Sequence record: MZ311865.1
Reading direction: 5' to 3' (one strand)
DNA: 64,000 nt
Source: Escherichia phage vB_EcoM_LNA2
The notes beneath the pieces are model-generated. The model made no database searches. It saw only the letters and a list, made by a program, of their open reading frames with translations, and was not told the DNA's origin. Positions 19,074 to 32,842 of this stretch are shown here, piece after piece; position 1 is the first letter of the stretch, and each line of letters begins with the position of its first letter. A program made the position numbers and the translations under genes.

Positions 19074-19349
19074 TTAAATTGCTTTGCATTCAATTTTTTG
19101 TGTACCGAAATTGATATCACATTGGATAACTAAATCGCCGTCAAGATCAAATACCACTATGACGTGTGCAGACCCAGGGAGAAGAGTAATAGCAATAGAA
19201 TCTACTTGGTCTGGGAGCAAAGCATTGAGTACATGAGTTAGTTGAGCATGAACTCTGAGTTCGGCTGCATTATCAAGCACTTCAAACATATTATTAGCAA
19301 TAATCTGACTGAAGACTACCTTTACAATTTCAGAATAAGTTGGGAACAT
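19074..19349 (-). CDS. hypothetical protein
   Basis: 91-aa ORF. Confidence 0.4.
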   Translation of the reverse strand: MFPTYSEIVKVVFSQIIANNMFEVLDNAAELRVHAQLTHVLNALLPDQVDSIAITLLPGSAHVIVVFDLDGDLVIQCDINFGTQKIECKAI

Positions 19350-19356
19350 AATTACC

Positions 19357-19581
19357 TCAGTGTACAGTATTTACTTTAACTCGAACAACAAATCGCTCGG
19401 TCGGTTCACCTACAGGAACAAACTCTACATGATATTCACCTTTGTAACGAGTATTCAGATCATTACGAATTCCTGCGAGTTTGTTGATTAATGTAGGACT
19501 CATATTAAGTCCCACTAGTTCACGAAGCATTTTGTATGCTTCATCTTCGATTTCATGATGTTTATCGTACATAGTTTTCAT
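19357..19581 (-). CDS. hypothetical protein
   Basis: 74-aa ORF. Confidence 0.4.
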   Translation of the reverse strand: MKTMYDKHHEIEDEAYKMLRELVGLNMSPTLINKLAGIRNDLNTRYKGEYHVEFVPVGEPTERFVVRVKVNTVH

Positions 19582-19752
19582 TTAACCATTCAATTGCCTG
19601 GTCGACGTTATCAAATATACCGCCGTCCAACCATTCTTCATGTTCATAGTCCAGCACATCAATACCGAACCGTCCATTTACTAAAGGCCATACTACAAAC
19701 AAATATTCTTTATGCTGTTCGATGGCCTCAATCACTTCATATAATCGTTTCA

Positions 19753-19753
<1 letters not shown>
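19562..19753 (-). CDS. hypothetical protein
   Basis: 63-aa ORF directly downstream of pseT. Confidence 0.4.
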
Positions 19754-20839
<1,086 letters not shown>

Positions 20840-20840
<1 letters not shown>

Positions 20841-21139
20841 TATTTTATTCCTAAGAAAATTTCAAGAATACGAATGTTATGCTCGCGCCGGTCTTTATTA
20901 ATTTCAGCAACGTTTTTATTAATTGACGTACTTCTAACGTTTGAAGAAATAAATTTAATCATATGACTTTTGAGTTGTTGCAAATCCAACCCTTTTTCTT
21001 TAGCAGCTTTACGAAGAGCTTTACCTGCTTCATCTAGTGCCTTTGCTGCATCTTTGTCATAATTGCCAAGTGACATTCCACGACAGATATCAATATACTC
21101 ATCAGACCGTTTGATGTAATTCTCTAGTAATGTTTTCAT
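20840..21139 (-). CDS. hypothetical protein
   Basis: 99-aa ORF. Confidence 0.4.
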
Positions 21140-21167
21140 TTAGATTTCCTCAATTATCCATAGGAGC

Positions 21168-21197
21168 ATTATACTCTGCTCCTGAGAGTTTGTAAAC
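21168..21197 (-). promoter_or_regulatory. early-type promoter cassette with hairpin around -10
   Basis: Minus-strand GTTTAC-18nt-TATAAT; stem GGAGCA/TGCTCC encloses the -10. Confidence 0.5.
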
Positions 21198-21421
21198 TAT
21201 TTTACTAAAGATTCAATATACTCGTGAAGAGCTTTAGTCGCTACTGCCCACTTATTCTGATATTCATTTTTCAGATTAGCCCGAGACTGAACTAACAATC
21301 GGTCATTAGTCGGAGGCAAAGATTCTAATCGTTGAATCTGGCGCCCATAAATCATAGCCGCCATTTCAGATTCATAGATAAGCCCTTTAATGTATTCATG
21401 TTGTTCTTTAGTCATTGGCAT
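21197..21421 (-). CDS. hypothetical protein (pseT.1 position)
   Basis: 74-aa ORF. Confidence 0.4.
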   Translation of the reverse strand: MPMTKEQHEYIKGLIYESEMAAMIYGRQIQRLESLPPTNDRLLVQSRANLKNEYQNKWAVATKALHEYIESLVK

Positions 21422-21702
21422 TTTTCCTCTTTTAAACCACTACGATAATAACATATCATAGTCTTCTGGTCATGTACATATCTTTTTACATCGTTTAACC
21501 AGATACGAAATTCTTGAGAGTCTTCAAACGGCATTCCAACCCACGGATTACCATCAATAACCTTTACTTGCCATTTCTGGTTATATTCAACAATAGATTC
21601 AGGCCATGGCGGATGTAAAGTTTCTTTAGGGCTTAAGGGCACATCCTGGGCACATCCAGCCAAAATGCCAATAGATAATACAACTGCGGTTAATTTAATC
21701 AT
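21412..21702 (-). CDS. outer-membrane spanin (o-spanin lipoprotein, PseT.2-like)
   Basis: 96 aa; signal peptide with lipobox ILAGC; immediately follows and overlaps the i-spanin ORF. Confidence 0.7.
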   Translation of the reverse strand: MIKLTAVVLSIGILAGCAQDVPLSPKETLHPPWPESIVEYNQKWQVKVIDGNPWVGMPFEDSQEFRIWLNDVKRYVHDQKTMICYYRSGLKEEKCQ

Positions 21703-22055
21703 TCTGAGAGCTTCCTGAGGTCTTCTGCAAAGGAATCGAAGGACTTGTTGATTTGTTTTTCGACCAATCCTGGTTTACTTGCCACCACGTTCTTCTTCTT
21801 CGAATCCTTACGGAGCTTTTCATTTTCGGCCTTAAGTTGGTCAACTAAAACACGGTTCTTATAAGTCATTTCTTCGATTGACTGATATTGAACCTTGAAG
21901 TCGTCTAATACTTTAGCATTGTTTTTAGCAGTCTCTTTAACAGAAGCTAATTCAGTATTCAACGAATCAACTTTGTTGTTTAAGACAACTATTGTTACCG
22001 TAGAAACTAGAGCAAAAGCTGCTACTATAGCATAAATCGGGTTTACTTTAAGCAT
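21699..22055 (-). CDS. inner-membrane spanin (i-spanin, PseT.3-like)
   Basis: 118 aa; N-terminal transmembrane helix (IYAIVAAFALVSTVTIVVL) then coiled-coil; two-component spanin arrangement. Confidence 0.7.
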   Translation of the reverse strand: MLKVNPIYAIVAAFALVSTVTIVVLNNKVDSLNTELASVKETAKNNAKVLDDFKVQYQSIEEMTYKNRVLVDQLKAENEKLRKDSKKKNVVASKPGLVEKQINKSFDSFAEDLRKLSE

Positions 22056-22543
22056 GTTTTAATAATCTCAATGATTTCATCTCGGGATAATCCATTGATA
22101 AGAACGGTTTTCGGACCATCACACTGGATTTTGTACGATTCAAACAATACACACAACTCTTCTGCTGTATGATATGGACTTGAAATTCCGAGGCGGTTGA
22201 ATTTGTCTGTAAGAGGGTCGCAAATAATGTAGAATTTTATACCTGCGATATGTACGTTTGGTTGACTAATATTAATGAAAACATTGGCGTCATATTTAGT
22301 CAAATTGTTTTGAAGAAATTCTACCATAGCATTAACTGCTTCTGGCATCGCTTCACGTTTCTCTTCGGTGTAACGTGTTGAATATTCCTTTTGCTTTAAC
22401 TTCTTTTTAGCATTTTTGGCCAGTGTAACACGTAGGTCAGTAAGATAACCAACTGGACGTCCTTTCTTAAAGACCCTGATTCCATCTGAAGAATCACCAA
22501 ATGCTGCCACAACCATATCGTTAGTAATCAATTGCATATTCAT
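22043..22543 (-). CDS. alc: Alc (host transcription elongation inhibitor)
   Basis: Track ORF 22043..22606 trimmed to internal ATG at 22541-22543 preceded by GAGGAG (166 aa, MNMQLITNDMVVAAF...); T4 Alc is 167 aa. Confidence 0.7.
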   Translation of the reverse strand: MNMQLITNDMVVAAFGDSSDGIRVFKKGRPVGYLTDLRVTLAKNAKKKLKQKEYSTRYTEEKREAMPEAVNAMVEFLQNNLTKYDANVFINISQPNVHIAGIKFYIICDPLTDKFNRLGISSPYHTAEELCVLFESYKIQCDGPKTVLINGLSRDEIIEIIKTCLK

Positions 22544-22573
22544 AATTTTCTCCTCGTGATGTTGATAAAAGCC

Positions 22574-22603
22574 ATAGTAACACCATCCTTGGTGTTTGTA
22601 AAC
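22574..22603 (-). promoter_or_regulatory. early-type promoter cassette
   Basis: Minus-strand GTTTAC-18nt-TACTAT with stem AACACCA/TGGTGTT; -35 overlaps the rnlA stop codon. Confidence 0.5.
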
Positions 22604-22605
22604 CA

Positions 22606-23739
<1,134 letters not shown>

Positions 23740-23757
23740 TCAGTTAGTTTTTTTTAA

Positions 23758-23787
23758 ATTGTACCACAATCCTTGTGGTGTGTAAAC
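23758..23787 (-). promoter_or_regulatory. early-type promoter cassette
   Basis: Minus-strand GTTTAC-18nt-TACAAT with stem CCACAA/TTGTGG in the spacer; overlaps the denA stop. Confidence 0.5.
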
Positions 23788-24197
23788 TACTTTTTCTTAT
23801 GTTGGATATTCCAAGGCGGGTTGAACTTTTTGATAAAAAGTGGTTCTTCAAGGTCCATTGTTGCGATGGTCATTGAACCAAGTTCGTTGGTGACTGAAAG
23901 ATCAAAACATTGGCGGGCCCAGAATTCAACCTTTTTGCCTTGCATTAAGGCATCCAAAATCATAAGTGATTTTCTTGAATCTGAAGTCTGGTCTTTTCGA
24001 TTTATGGCTGTTCGATAATAGTTAATGCGTTTCTTTAAATTCTTGGTTTTACCAATATACACAAGTTCGTCATCTATAGCAATAGCGTATATGACATTTT
24101 TCTTATTAGGGACATCAACTGTTTTAATTGTTGCATCTTCTAATAGCTCCAATTCTGTATATTTAATAAAGGAATATTCGGCGGCAATATCTTTCAT
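23787..24197 (-). CDS. denA: endonuclease II (GIY-YIG family)
   Basis: 136 aa, T4 EndoII length; GIY-YIG-type motif VIYAIA...VYIGKTKNLKKRINYYR. Confidence 0.85.
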   Translation of the reverse strand: MKDIAAEYSFIKYTELELLEDATIKTVDVPNKKNVIYAIAIDDELVYIGKTKNLKKRINYYRTAINRKDQTSDSRKSLMILDALMQGKKVEFWARQCFDLSVTNELGSMTIATMDLEEPLFIKKFNPPWNIQHKKK

Positions 24198-24205
24198 AAT
24201 AAAGT

Positions 24206-24219
24206 GGGACCGAAGTCCC
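24206..24219 (-). terminator. UUCG-tetraloop hairpin between nrdB and denA
   Basis: GGGAC-cgaa-GTCCC on plus strand. Confidence 0.45.
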
Positions 24220-24223
24220 GTCC

Positions 24224-25414
24224 TTAGAAATATTTTTTGTATGAATTGATTACATTTTGGTCTACATCATTATCAATTTGTGCGACAAGATAAGAACTGA
24301 TTTCAACTTCCTGAGGAGCTGCTTGAACTAAATCGGAGTTCAGATATTCACGAATCCAAGGATATGGATGCTTGGTCGGAGCATCAGTGATTGGGCATGG
24401 CAAACCACACTGTTTCATACGAGACACAGTCAAGTAATCGACAAAAGCACACATACTCTGCGTATTGATACCTGGACATGTACCGTCTTTAAAGAGGTGT
24501 GCAGCCCATTCCTTCTCTTGTCTATTTACTTCCATAAAAATATCAACTGCTTCTTGTTCACATTCTTTAGCAATTTGAACCCACTCATCACCATCAGTAC
24601 CAGATTGAAGTTGACGGATAATGTACTGAGTACCCTTGAGGTGGAGTTGTTCGTCACGAGCAATGAACTTCATAATCTTTGCATTGCCTTCCATAATTTC
24701 CATATTTTTATGGAAGTTAAAGGTACATGCAAATGATACGTAAAAACGAATAGCTTCTAAGGCGTTGATAACATGCAAACAGAGATAAAGAGACTTCATT
24801 AAATCACGCTTAGCAGCGGCTTCTTGCTTAATAGCACGTTCTAATTGAAGGTCTGCACCAATTGACGCTTTGGCTAGTTCCGTGAATTCTTTCTGGTTTT
24901 CCCAATGGCGGGTCTTGACTAGAACATCATCGTAATATTTACCTATTGATTCAGCTCGTTTCATGATTGCTTCGTCTAATACAATCTCATCAAATACCTT
25001 AGATGGGTCTGTATAAAGATTTCGCATGATATGAGTATATGAACGAGAGTGAATAGTTTCACTGAATGTCCATGTTGCAACCCATGTATCTAATGAAGGG
25101 TCAGAAATCAGTGCCATAAGTACCGCAGATGGGGCTCTGCCTTGGATAGAATCTAATAATGATTGATACTTAAGGTTGTTTGTAAAGATGTCCTGTTGGA
25201 ACTGAGGAAGCTTATTGAACTGCGCAGAGTCCAACATCAAGTTTACCTCTTCGGGGCGCCAGAAAAATGACAATTGCTTTTCGGTCAAATCTTCAAAAAC
25301 TTTATGGCGTTGAATATCATAACGCGCAATACCAAGACCCGAACCGAAGAACATAGGTTCGTTCAAAACATCGACTTGTTGTGTGTTAAAAACTGTACTC
25401 ATTATATTTCTCAC
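24224..25414 (-). CDS. nrdB: ribonucleotide reductase small subunit (intron-less)
   Basis: 396-aa uninterrupted ORF; iron-centre/tyrosyl-radical family features; synteny nrdB-nrdA-td-frd. Confidence 0.9.
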   Translation of the reverse strand: MRNIMSTVFNTQQVDVLNEPMFFGSGLGIARYDIQRHKVFEDLTEKQLSFFWRPEEVNLMLDSAQFNKLPQFQQDIFTNNLKYQSLLDSIQGRAPSAVLMALISDPSLDTWVATWTFSETIHSRSYTHIMRNLYTDPSKVFDEIVLDEAIMKRAESIGKYYDDVLVKTRHWENQKEFTELAKASIGADLQLERAIKQEAAAKRDLMKSLYLCLHVINALEAIRFYVSFACTFNFHKNMEIMEGNAKIMKFIARDEQLHLKGTQYIIRQLQSGTDGDEWVQIAKECEQEAVDIFMEVNRQEKEWAAHLFKDGTCPGINTQSMCAFVDYLTVSRMKQCGLPCPITDAPTKHPYPWIREYLNSDLVQAAPQEVEISSYLVAQIDNDVDQNVINSYKKYF

Positions 25415-25455
25415 TTAGTTTTAACTCATCCATGAGTAAATTATAATCAAAAGAC

Positions 25456-27711
25456 TTAAAGCTTACAAGCAGAACAATCTTCAGCTTTAGGTGTTTCTAA
25501 TTCATAGTCATCTGTACCCGACCCATCACGAGTGTTATGATAGTAGAGGTTTTTTCCGCCAAAGTACCAGAAGTAAAGCAAATCGTCAAGCATTACTGAC
25601 ATTGGCACTTTACCTTTCTCAAATACTGCAGGGTCATAGTAAGTATTAGCAGAAGCAGATTGGCACACCCATTTCAACATGATAACAACTTGGGTCAAAT
25701 AAGGTTTATTACCTTTCTTAGCAAGTTTCCACGCATAGTCGTAAAGACTCATGTTATGTTCGATATTAGGAACAACCTGTCGGAAGTTGCCTTCTTTAGA
25801 TTCTTTAATACTTACTGGGCCGCGTGGGGGCTCAATCCCATTTGTAGAGTTCGATACTTGACTGCTTGACTCACAAGGCATGAGTGCAGACAACGTTGAG
25901 TTACGAATTCCATGTTCTTTGAGTTCAGCTCGAAGTTCTTCCCAGTCACAGACGTAGTTCGGGGCTGCGATTTGGTCAATCTTTTTATTGTACCAGTCGA
26001 TAGGTAATTCGCCTCTAGACCATTTAGTGTCTGAATAATACTCGCAACATCCTTTTTCTTTGGCGAGTTTGATTGATGCTTTGATAAGGCCATATTGCAA
26101 TCTCTCAAACAATTCATGAGTCAAATCGTTAGCGTCTTCATATGAAGCAAAGTTAGAAGCTAACCATGCGGCATAGTTCGTCACACCAACACCGAGGTTT
26201 CGACGCTTTTTAGCTTTTAAAGCTTCCGGAACCGGATAATCTTGATAGTCTAGCAGGTTATCAAGTGCACGTACTTGTACTTCGGCAAGTTCATTAATTT
26301 TATCTTGGTCTTGCCAATCAAATTTATCTAATACAAAAGCAGATAATGTGCATAAACCAATTTCAGCATCAGGACCATTCACATCATTAGTTGGAATAGC
26401 GATTTCACAACATAAGTTACTCTGACGAATTGGAGCTTTTTCACGAATAAATGGAGTGTAGTTGTTCGTGTTATCAACGAATTGCGGATAAATTCGAGCG
26501 GTGCCAGAACGTTCAGTCATGAACAATTCAAAGAGTTCTAGTGCTTTGATTCTTTTCTTTCTGATTGTTGGGTCTTTTTCAGCTTTCTCATAAAGCTCAC
26601 GGAATTTATCTTGATCTTCAAAGAACGAGTAGTATAGTTCGCCTGACATTTCGTGAGGGCTAAATAAAGTAATATAATCATTTTTACCAAGGCGTTCCAT
26701 CATAAGGTCATTAATCTGAATTCCGTAGTCCATATGTCGAATACGGTTTTCATCCACGCCTTTGTTATTTTTCAGAACTAATAGGTTCTCTACTTCCAAG
26801 TGCCACATCGGATAATACGCTGTAGCAGCACCACCACGAATACCACCTTGAGAACAAGATTTTACTGCAGTTTGGAAATGTTTCCAGAATGGAATAACAC
26901 CCGTATGTCGAACTTCACCCATACCGATCTTAGAACCTTCTGCACGAAGCATACCAACGTTGATACCAATACCAGCTCGTTTAGAAATATATTCAATAAT
27001 TGATGCTGAAGTTTTGTTAATAGATTTTAACGAATCACCGGCTTCAATAACTACACAACTAGAGAACTGGCGAGTTGGAGTACGAGCACCTGCCATAATT
27101 GGGGTTGGCAATGAAACTTGATGAGTAGAAACGGCATCATAAAAACGAATAATATGTTTCAAACGGTCATGAGTTTCGTCTTGGTGTAAGGCCATGCCAA
27201 TAGCCATGATAGCAAACTGGGGAGTTTCATAAATCTTCCCAGTTGTTTTATCTTTAACTAGATATTTTTCTTTAAGCTGCATAGCACCAGCATAAGTCAG
27301 GTCAAAGTCTCGTTCATGTTTAATCTGTGAATCGAGATAAATGATTTCTTCTGCTGAATATTGAGACAACAGCTCAGGGTCATATTTGCCTTCATTAACA
27401 CAATAAGAAATATGGTCGATAAAAGCAGGCGGTTCAAACTGCCCATATACATCTTTACGAAGTGCAAACATTAGCCCTTTGGCGGCGACATATTGATAAT
27501 CAGGTTCTTCGACAGAAATCGAGTTAGCTGCAACTTTAATACAAATCTTCTGGATATCTTTGGTGCTCATCCCGTCGACAAGATGGGTCTTAATTTCTTC
27601 GTACAATTCATATGGGTCAATTTGTGTTCCTTCACATTGCCAAGTTAAGACTTGAATAATTTTCTGTGCATCAAAATTTTGGGATACACCACTGCTCTTA
27701 GTTACTTGCAT
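25456..27711 (-). CDS. nrdA: ribonucleotide reductase large subunit
   Basis: 751 aa (T4 NrdA 754 aa); class Ia RNR large-subunit features. Confidence 0.9.
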   Translation of the reverse strand: MQVTKSSGVSQNFDAQKIIQVLTWQCEGTQIDPYELYEEIKTHLVDGMSTKDIQKICIKVAANSISVEEPDYQYVAAKGLMFALRKDVYGQFEPPAFIDHISYCVNEGKYDPELLSQYSAEEIIYLDSQIKHERDFDLTYAGAMQLKEKYLVKDKTTGKIYETPQFAIMAIGMALHQDETHDRLKHIIRFYDAVSTHQVSLPTPIMAGARTPTRQFSSCVVIEAGDSLKSINKTSASIIEYISKRAGIGINVGMLRAEGSKIGMGEVRHTGVIPFWKHFQTAVKSCSQGGIRGGAATAYYPMWHLEVENLLVLKNNKGVDENRIRHMDYGIQINDLMMERLGKNDYITLFSPHEMSGELYYSFFEDQDKFRELYEKAEKDPTIRKKRIKALELFELFMTERSGTARIYPQFVDNTNNYTPFIREKAPIRQSNLCCEIAIPTNDVNGPDAEIGLCTLSAFVLDKFDWQDQDKINELAEVQVRALDNLLDYQDYPVPEALKAKKRRNLGVGVTNYAAWLASNFASYEDANDLTHELFERLQYGLIKASIKLAKEKGCCEYYSDTKWSRGELPIDWYNKKIDQIAAPNYVCDWEELRAELKEHGIRNSTLSALMPCESSSQVSNSTNGIEPPRGPVSIKESKEGNFRQVVPNIEHNMSLYDYAWKLAKKGNKPYLTQVVIMLKWVCQSASANTYYDPAVFEKGKVPMSVMLDDLLYFWYFGGKNLYYHNTRDGSGTDDYELETPKAEDCSACKL

Positions 27712-27746
27712 ATATTCCTCAGTATAGGTTGATAGACATTACTCCA

Positions 27747-27769
27747 AACGGGATAGTATTTATCCCGTT
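27747..27769 (-). promoter_or_regulatory. 8-bp stem hairpin upstream of nrdA
   Basis: AACGGGAT-agtattt-ATCCCGTT inverted repeat in the nrdA 5' region. Confidence 0.35.
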
Positions 27770-27798
27770 AATTTATTATACACTTTTAAACTGAAGCA

Positions 27799-28053
27799 TT
27801 AATTATCCTCAGCAATAATTTCTTCATATTCTTTAGGTGTCAAGACTGTGATATTGAAATAAACCAACGGTTCTTTTTCTATACCGAATCCACCACAAAA
27901 TTCACGATATTCATAAATTCGTTCATGTGAATAACAAATGAATCGTTCACCTTTAACTGTGATTTCACTATTCGGTGAAGGGATATCTAGTTCGGTAGGA
28001 TTTTTCATTTCAAAAATTGTGGTGCCATATGAATTAATAAAACGTAAAATCAT
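27799..28053 (-). CDS. hypothetical protein (nrdA.1 position)
   Basis: 84-aa ORF. Confidence 0.4.
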   Translation of the reverse strand: MILRFINSYGTTIFEMKNPTELDIPSPNSEITVKGERFICYSHERIYEYREFCGGFGIEKEPLVYFNITVLTPKEYEEIIAEDN

Positions 28054-28054
28054 T

Positions 28055-29740
<1,686 letters not shown>

Positions 29741-29742
29741 AA

Positions 29743-29991
29743 TTATTTCCTCAGATTTTTCTTAACAACTTTCCAATCGGCTTTGAACATTTCAACATCA
29801 GAGTGGCAAATCCAGAATCCTGCACTTTCACCATCTTCGTAGAGTGGACATCCATCACATTCTTCGTTCCAACCCATTTCGCGTAAAGCTTCTTCAGCTT
29901 GTTCAAGGAGTTCAGCATCTTTACCAACGATGTTGAAGTACCATTTACCTCTAACTTCAGAATCTTTGATGCTCTGACGTTGCAATCTCAT
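29743..29991 (-). CDS. hypothetical protein (frd.2 position)
   Basis: Track ORF 29743..30054 trimmed to internal ATG at 29989-29991 preceded by AAGGAG; the longer version would run through the promoter cassette. Confidence 0.45.
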   Translation of the reverse strand: MRLQRQSIKDSEVRGKWYFNIVGKDAELLEQAEEALREMGWNEECDGCPLYEDGESAGFWICHSDVEMFKADWKVVKKNLRK

Positions 29992-30024
29992 TTTATTCTC
30001 CTTCACTTTTGATTTGATAGGGCT

Positions 30025-30054
30025 ACTATAACATAACCCTATCTGATTGTACAC
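30025..30054 (-). promoter_or_regulatory. early-type promoter cassette with hairpin around -10
   Basis: Minus-strand GTGTAC-18nt-TATAGT; stem GATAGGG/CCCTATC encloses the -10. Confidence 0.5.
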
Positions 30055-30446
30055 TACTTTTTAAAAGTTTTTTGCAAAAGTTCGATGATTTCGTCGACGT
30101 TGGTTTCATCTACGATACAATGGATTTTTGTTACACCTAAAGCTATACCTTCGTTAGTAGGTTGAGGCTTTACTATATCTACCTCAGTAAAGTATTTGAA
30201 CTCGTCAGGATAAATCTCAAAATAAGTTTCAATTTCACCACCGGCAGAACATACAGTACCATCTTCCATAGTTACACTTACTACGTTTGACGTATCGCTA
30301 TCATAATCAGGTTCCATTCCGTTTACAACAAAACTAGGCCCGTGGAGTTCAATCAATTTTAACATCTTAGCGTTATTGTGTGGTGCTTCTTGAACAAAGT
30401 CGTCTTTAAATAAAGGGTTAATGATATAAGATTTTCCGATTTCCAT
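30054..30446 (-). CDS. hypothetical protein (frd.3 position)
   Basis: 130-aa acidic ORF. Confidence 0.45.
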   Translation of the reverse strand: MEIGKSYIINPLFKDDFVQEAPHNNAKMLKLIELHGPSFVVNGMEPDYDSDTSNVVSVTMEDGTVCSAGGEIETYFEIYPDEFKYFTEVDIVKPQPTNEGIALGVTKIHCIVDETNVDEIIELLQKTFKK

Positions 30447-30475
30447 TTTGATTTCCTCATGTTGTTGATAGGTCT

Positions 30476-30504
30476 ATACTAACACATCCAGGGAAGAAGT
30501 AAAC
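30476..30504 (-). promoter_or_regulatory. early-type promoter cassette
   Basis: Minus-strand GTTTAC-17nt-TAGTAT upstream of ORF 30054..30446. Confidence 0.45.
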
Positions 30505-30535
30505 AACTTTTTCAGCAATTTACAGATACTCAAAA

Positions 30536-30553
30536 GGGAGACCGAAGTCTCCC
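30536..30553 (-). terminator. UUCG-tetraloop terminator after gene 32
   Basis: GGGAGAC-cgaa-GTCTCCC on plus strand, a few nt 3' of the gene 32 stop. Confidence 0.6.
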
Positions 30554-30559
30554 AATTTA

Positions 30560-31462
30560 TTATAGACCAGCTAACAGGTCATCGAGGTCGCCATCATCAG
30601 AGGATGAGGTAGAGCTCATGAAGTCATCTTCAGTTTTTGCAGAACTAAAGGCTTCCATGTCTTTATCAAAATCGTCAAGGTCAGAAGCAACTTTATCTGC
30701 AACAGAAGCTGCTGCGGCTGCTGCACCACCAAGAGCGGCAGTACCAAGAACCTTAGCGAAAGATTCATTTAATTTTTCAAAGGATTTGAACTGGTCTTTA
30801 GCCGTCAAAGTAGTAAGGTCTACCATCTGGTCATATAGTTCTTTCTGGAATGCTTCGTCATTAATACGAGGAATTTCAGATTGACCCAAGAATTTAGATT
30901 CGTCATAGTTGCTAAAACCAGAAACCTGCTTAGCTTTAAGAACGAAGTTAGCACCTTCAAACGGGCAAGTAACATCAACTGGAGTTTCACCCATTTCAGT
31001 ATCAACTGCAATCATTGCATTAATTTTGTCCCAAATCTTTTTACCGAAACGATATTTAAATACTTTACCTTCGTTATCTGGAGCTTGAGGGTCTTTAACA
31101 ACCAGAATATTAGCCCAATAAGAAGTTTTACGTTTCAGTTGAGAATATTCATTTTTGTTGGTATTGTACAGGTCATTTTTACTAATGTACTGACATACAG
31201 GACAAGAGTCATAATCACCATGTGTAGAAGAGCAATTTTCAATATACCATTTACCATTTTTCTTGAAACCGTGGTTAACAAGAATTGCAAATGGTAGTGC
31301 ATCATCAGTTTTTGCTGGCAAGAAACGAATTACCGCTTGACCATTACCGGATGCATCTAGCTTCAGCTTCCATTCGCCTTTATCTTCTGAAGAGAAACCT
31401 TTGTTACCATTCAGTTTAGCCATTTGAGCAGCGAGGTCAGCAGTAGATTTACGTTTAAACAT
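30560..31462 (-). CDS. 32: single-stranded DNA-binding protein gp32
   Basis: 300 aa; matches T4 gp32 as I recall it ([36 protein letters not shown]...); acidic Asp/Ser-rich C-terminus. Confidence 0.9.
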   Translation of the reverse strand: MFKRKSTADLAAQMAKLNGNKGFSSEDKGEWKLKLDASGNGQAVIRFLPAKTDDALPFAILVNHGFKKNGKWYIENCSSTHGDYDSCPVCQYISKNDLYNTNKNEYSQLKRKTSYWANILVVKDPQAPDNEGKVFKYRFGKKIWDKINAMIAVDTEMGETPVDVTCPFEGANFVLKAKQVSGFSNYDESKFLGQSEIPRINDEAFQKELYDQMVDLTTLTAKDQFKSFEKLNESFAKVLGTAALGGAAAAAASVADKVASDLDDFDKDMEAFSSAKTEDDFMSSTSSSDDGDLDDLLAGL

Positions 31463-31588
31463 GGATTATTACCTTTATTTAGATTATTTAGATTATTTAA
31501 TTTATTTACAGTTGGTTGCTACGACACTTATACCTCGTAGCTGGTATGATTTATTTATAAAGTAATTTTAACACACAAGAAATAAAGC
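31463..31588 (-). promoter_or_regulatory. gene 32 5' leader / translational operator
   Basis: AU-rich repeated UAAAUAAUC-type tracts immediately upstream of the AUG, preceded by a 7-bp stem hairpin (GCTACGA...TCGTAGC); resembles the T4 gene 32 autoregulatory operator. Confidence 0.5.
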
Positions 31589-32242
31589 TTAATACCTACA
31601 TGATTTGATTGTTTCTATGAACAATTTCTTAGCAGCATTTCCATCGATTTGAAGTATTTTTCGATATGCCTTTAATTTGGTAGAATAATTTTGCCAGACT
31701 AAGTTATCAGTGAGTTCGTCATGCTTATCTATAATATTCAAAAATGAGTCCAACAATAAGAAAGTCTCAAATGAAATTATATTGCTTTGTAGCAATTTGA
31801 ATATGTAGCTCGACTGAACGTTGTTATTATAATCAAATATCTCTTGAAGCGCGCTAACTTCAACTTTCTTACTGAAATAGTAGATGTTACGTACGTCTTC
31901 AGCAAACGTCTCCTTGGCTTGTTTGAGACGTCCAATATATTCCCTATAGAAAACTAATGCATCAGCGTCTGATATCTCACCAATCCATGCGTCTTGGTTA
32001 GCAACTAAGTTGCTTATGAATATCAAGGTGAGTTCCTTCAATTTATATTTCTCTGCTAGTTTTTCAAAGAAATATTTATCTCGGCGTTTTTGATACGCAT
32101 TATCCGAAACACGCATGCACCAGTTATATTTGATTACGTCATACCGACCATTAAAATGTTGTTTGCACATCAAGTATAGTTTGTATACCGATTTTCCGTT
32201 AATATAACGTTCTCCGTCAGGAGGCATGCGTATTTTAATCAT
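31589..32242 (-). CDS. 59: helicase loader gp59
   Basis: 217 aa, T4 gp59 length; synteny 32-59-33. Confidence 0.85.
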   Translation of the reverse strand: MIKIRMPPDGERYINGKSVYKLYLMCKQHFNGRYDVIKYNWCMRVSDNAYQKRRDKYFFEKLAEKYKLKELTLIFISNLVANQDAWIGEISDADALVFYREYIGRLKQAKETFAEDVRNIYYFSKKVEVSALQEIFDYNNNVQSSYIFKLLQSNIISFETFLLLDSFLNIIDKHDELTDNLVWQNYSTKLKAYRKILQIDGNAAKKLFIETIKSCRY

Positions 32243-32577
32243 AATAAGAAATCTAACGTATTAGTTTTTTCACCACGAGCAACTGATGGGCGAAGCATGT
32301 TTTCGTCAATTGCTTCGCTTGTAATTTTTTCAACAATTCCTGTAGGAATAAATTTAGCAAATTGTGTTTCTGGAATAGAATTTTCTTCCAAGAAAGCAGT
32401 TGTTGCTTCTAAATAAGACATACCAAATTGTTCAACCATGGATTCGATAATGAATCCGTTTTCTTGACGGTCAAGCAATTTAGCGATATCATCTTTATCG
32501 TGTTTTACTGCTAATTCTTGTTCAGATAAACCGGCCTCATCAACCGGTTTAATATCACTTAGTGAAAACTGTGTCAT
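32239..32577 (-). CDS. 33: late transcription co-activator gp33
   Basis: 112 aa, T4 gp33 length; acidic. Confidence 0.8.
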   Translation of the reverse strand: MTQFSLSDIKPVDEAGLSEQELAVKHDKDDIAKLLDRQENGFIIESMVEQFGMSYLEATTAFLEENSIPETQFAKFIPTGIVEKITSEAIDENMLRPSVARGEKTNTLDFLL

Positions 32578-32842
32578 AAAGCTCGACTACCTCTTCATTT
32601 TCAGCTTCAAATTGGTCACGAGCGTCTTTATGATAAAGAGCCAACAAACGATTAAACATTTTTCCATCGACGCCAAGCTCTTCTTTAGCACGAGTACGAA
32701 TGTCTTTAATCAGTTCATTATAACCAGAAATTTTAAGTTTGTTATCGGAAGCTTCCTTGACTAGTTTAGCCAGTTCTTCACCATGCACATCTTGATTAAA
32801 TTCAACTGCTTCTTTCTTAGCCATGTTTACCTCAGAATTCAT
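32555..32842 (-). CDS. dsbA: double-stranded DNA-binding protein DsbA
   Basis: 95-aa ORF between gene 33 and rnh as in T4. Confidence 0.7.
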   Translation of the reverse strand: MNSEVNMAKKEAVEFNQDVHGEELAKLVKEASDNKLKISGYNELIKDIRTRAKEELGVDGKMFNRLLALYHKDARDQFEAENEEVVELYDTVFTK

